This document shows, piece after piece, positions 61,881-64,000 of a stretch of DNA of 64,000 nucleotides. The notes under the pieces are model-generated. The model was not told where the DNA came from. It made no database searches and saw nothing but the letters and a program-made list of their open reading frames with translations. The translations under genes were made by a program, and so were the position numbers. Source of the stretch: the human T2T-CHM13v2.0 reference genome, Homo sapiens; NCBI RefSeq assembly GCF_009914755.1, contig NC_060925.1, one strand, 5' to 3'. Within the stretch, counting starts at the first letter, position 1. Every line of letters starts with the position of its first letter.

Positions 61881-61882
61881 GT

Positions 61883-61968
61883 ACCGTGAGTCAATAAAAT
61901 CTCTTTTCTTTATAAGTTACCCAGTCTCAGGTATGTCTTTATTAGCAGCTTGAGAACAGACTAATACA
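61883..61968 (+). mobile_element. THE1 LTR 3' tail only
   Basis: GTGAGTCAATAAAATCTCTTTTCTTTATAAGTTACCCAGTCTCAGGTATGTCTTTATTAGCAGC...GACTAATACA. Confidence 0.85.
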
Positions 61969-62099
61969 GTTCTCTAACCATGTCTCATGAAAGGTAGGCA
62001 CAAATGTATACCACAAGCACCTGCAGGCGGGAATTGTAAATAAATCCTGGAGTGGGTTGGGGAGTGCCAGGCTTTGGTTCTATGGTATTATATAGATAT

Positions 62100-63320
<1,221 letters not shown>

Positions 63321-64000
63321 TACTGTTTAACAAATACTAATGCCTTTCTATTCAACACAGTGATATGTGACCAATCGTAGCAGTTCTTGAGGGCTTTGTT
63401 TCTTTGCACTTCACAGTTTTCTCCTTTCTTAGCCCCACAGTCCTTTAGAGAAGGGGAATAAGCAATAATCATTGTTTTGACTTTGCATCAGTAATTTATA
63501 TAATTCAAGGAGTCCACCTATGTAGGCTGAAGTGCTTTGCAAAGTATATGTAAATTAGATTTAATTTCATGAGAATATACTATTTTTCACTAGTACATTA
63601 ATAGTTGACCATTTCATGAATTACATACTGAAAATCCTTGCTAAGAAAAAAATATGGAATATTCTTCTGAACGCTTTGTGATATCCCAATGCTTCTAGTG
63701 TTTTATAATTATATTTGGCTTTAGGCCTGAAGTTACTTGGCCCAATGATGCAATTTGTCACTTTTATGTGTTACTTCCAAATGATTTTAATGTGTTTTAT
63801 GCATGTAAAAACGGCAGGACAAGTCCCTGAAGATTATGGGAACAGATTTTTGAATTACATGGTGAATTTTTATTTCTAAAATATTGACTTTTCTACTCAG
63901 GAAATAATATTGAATGCCCTGTGGATAAGCTATGTAAAATGAATACGAAAGTGGACTGAGGATTGCTGAACTGGAGCTAACTGCTTTATTCATTCAGAGG

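Overview
AT-rich, CpG-depleted primate genomic DNA, most likely human, judged from AluY/S/J, L1PA, MST/THE1 and MER elements. It looks intronic or intergenic: I find no credible protein-coding exon, RNA gene, CpG island or CRISPR array. The ORF-track hits are spurious or are broken pieces of LINE-1. About half the window is recognisable transposon debris: L1PA, L1M, L2, L3/CR1, MIR, 9 Alus, ERV1/ERVL/MaLR LTRs, and hAT and Tigger MITEs. Two things stand out. (1) A three-layer nested insertion: AluJ split by MER50, split in turn by a deleted HERV-S/LTR18 mini-provirus that keeps its tRNA-Ser PBS, a splice donor and AP-1 and C/EBP-type sites. (2) Several local inverted, templated-copy scars, the largest being a ~155-bp inverted duplication copied ~0.9 kb into an AT-rich tract inside a MIR. 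I see no evidence for a new gene system. Subfamily names were assigned from remembered consensus sequences, and the boundaries of old elements are approximate.
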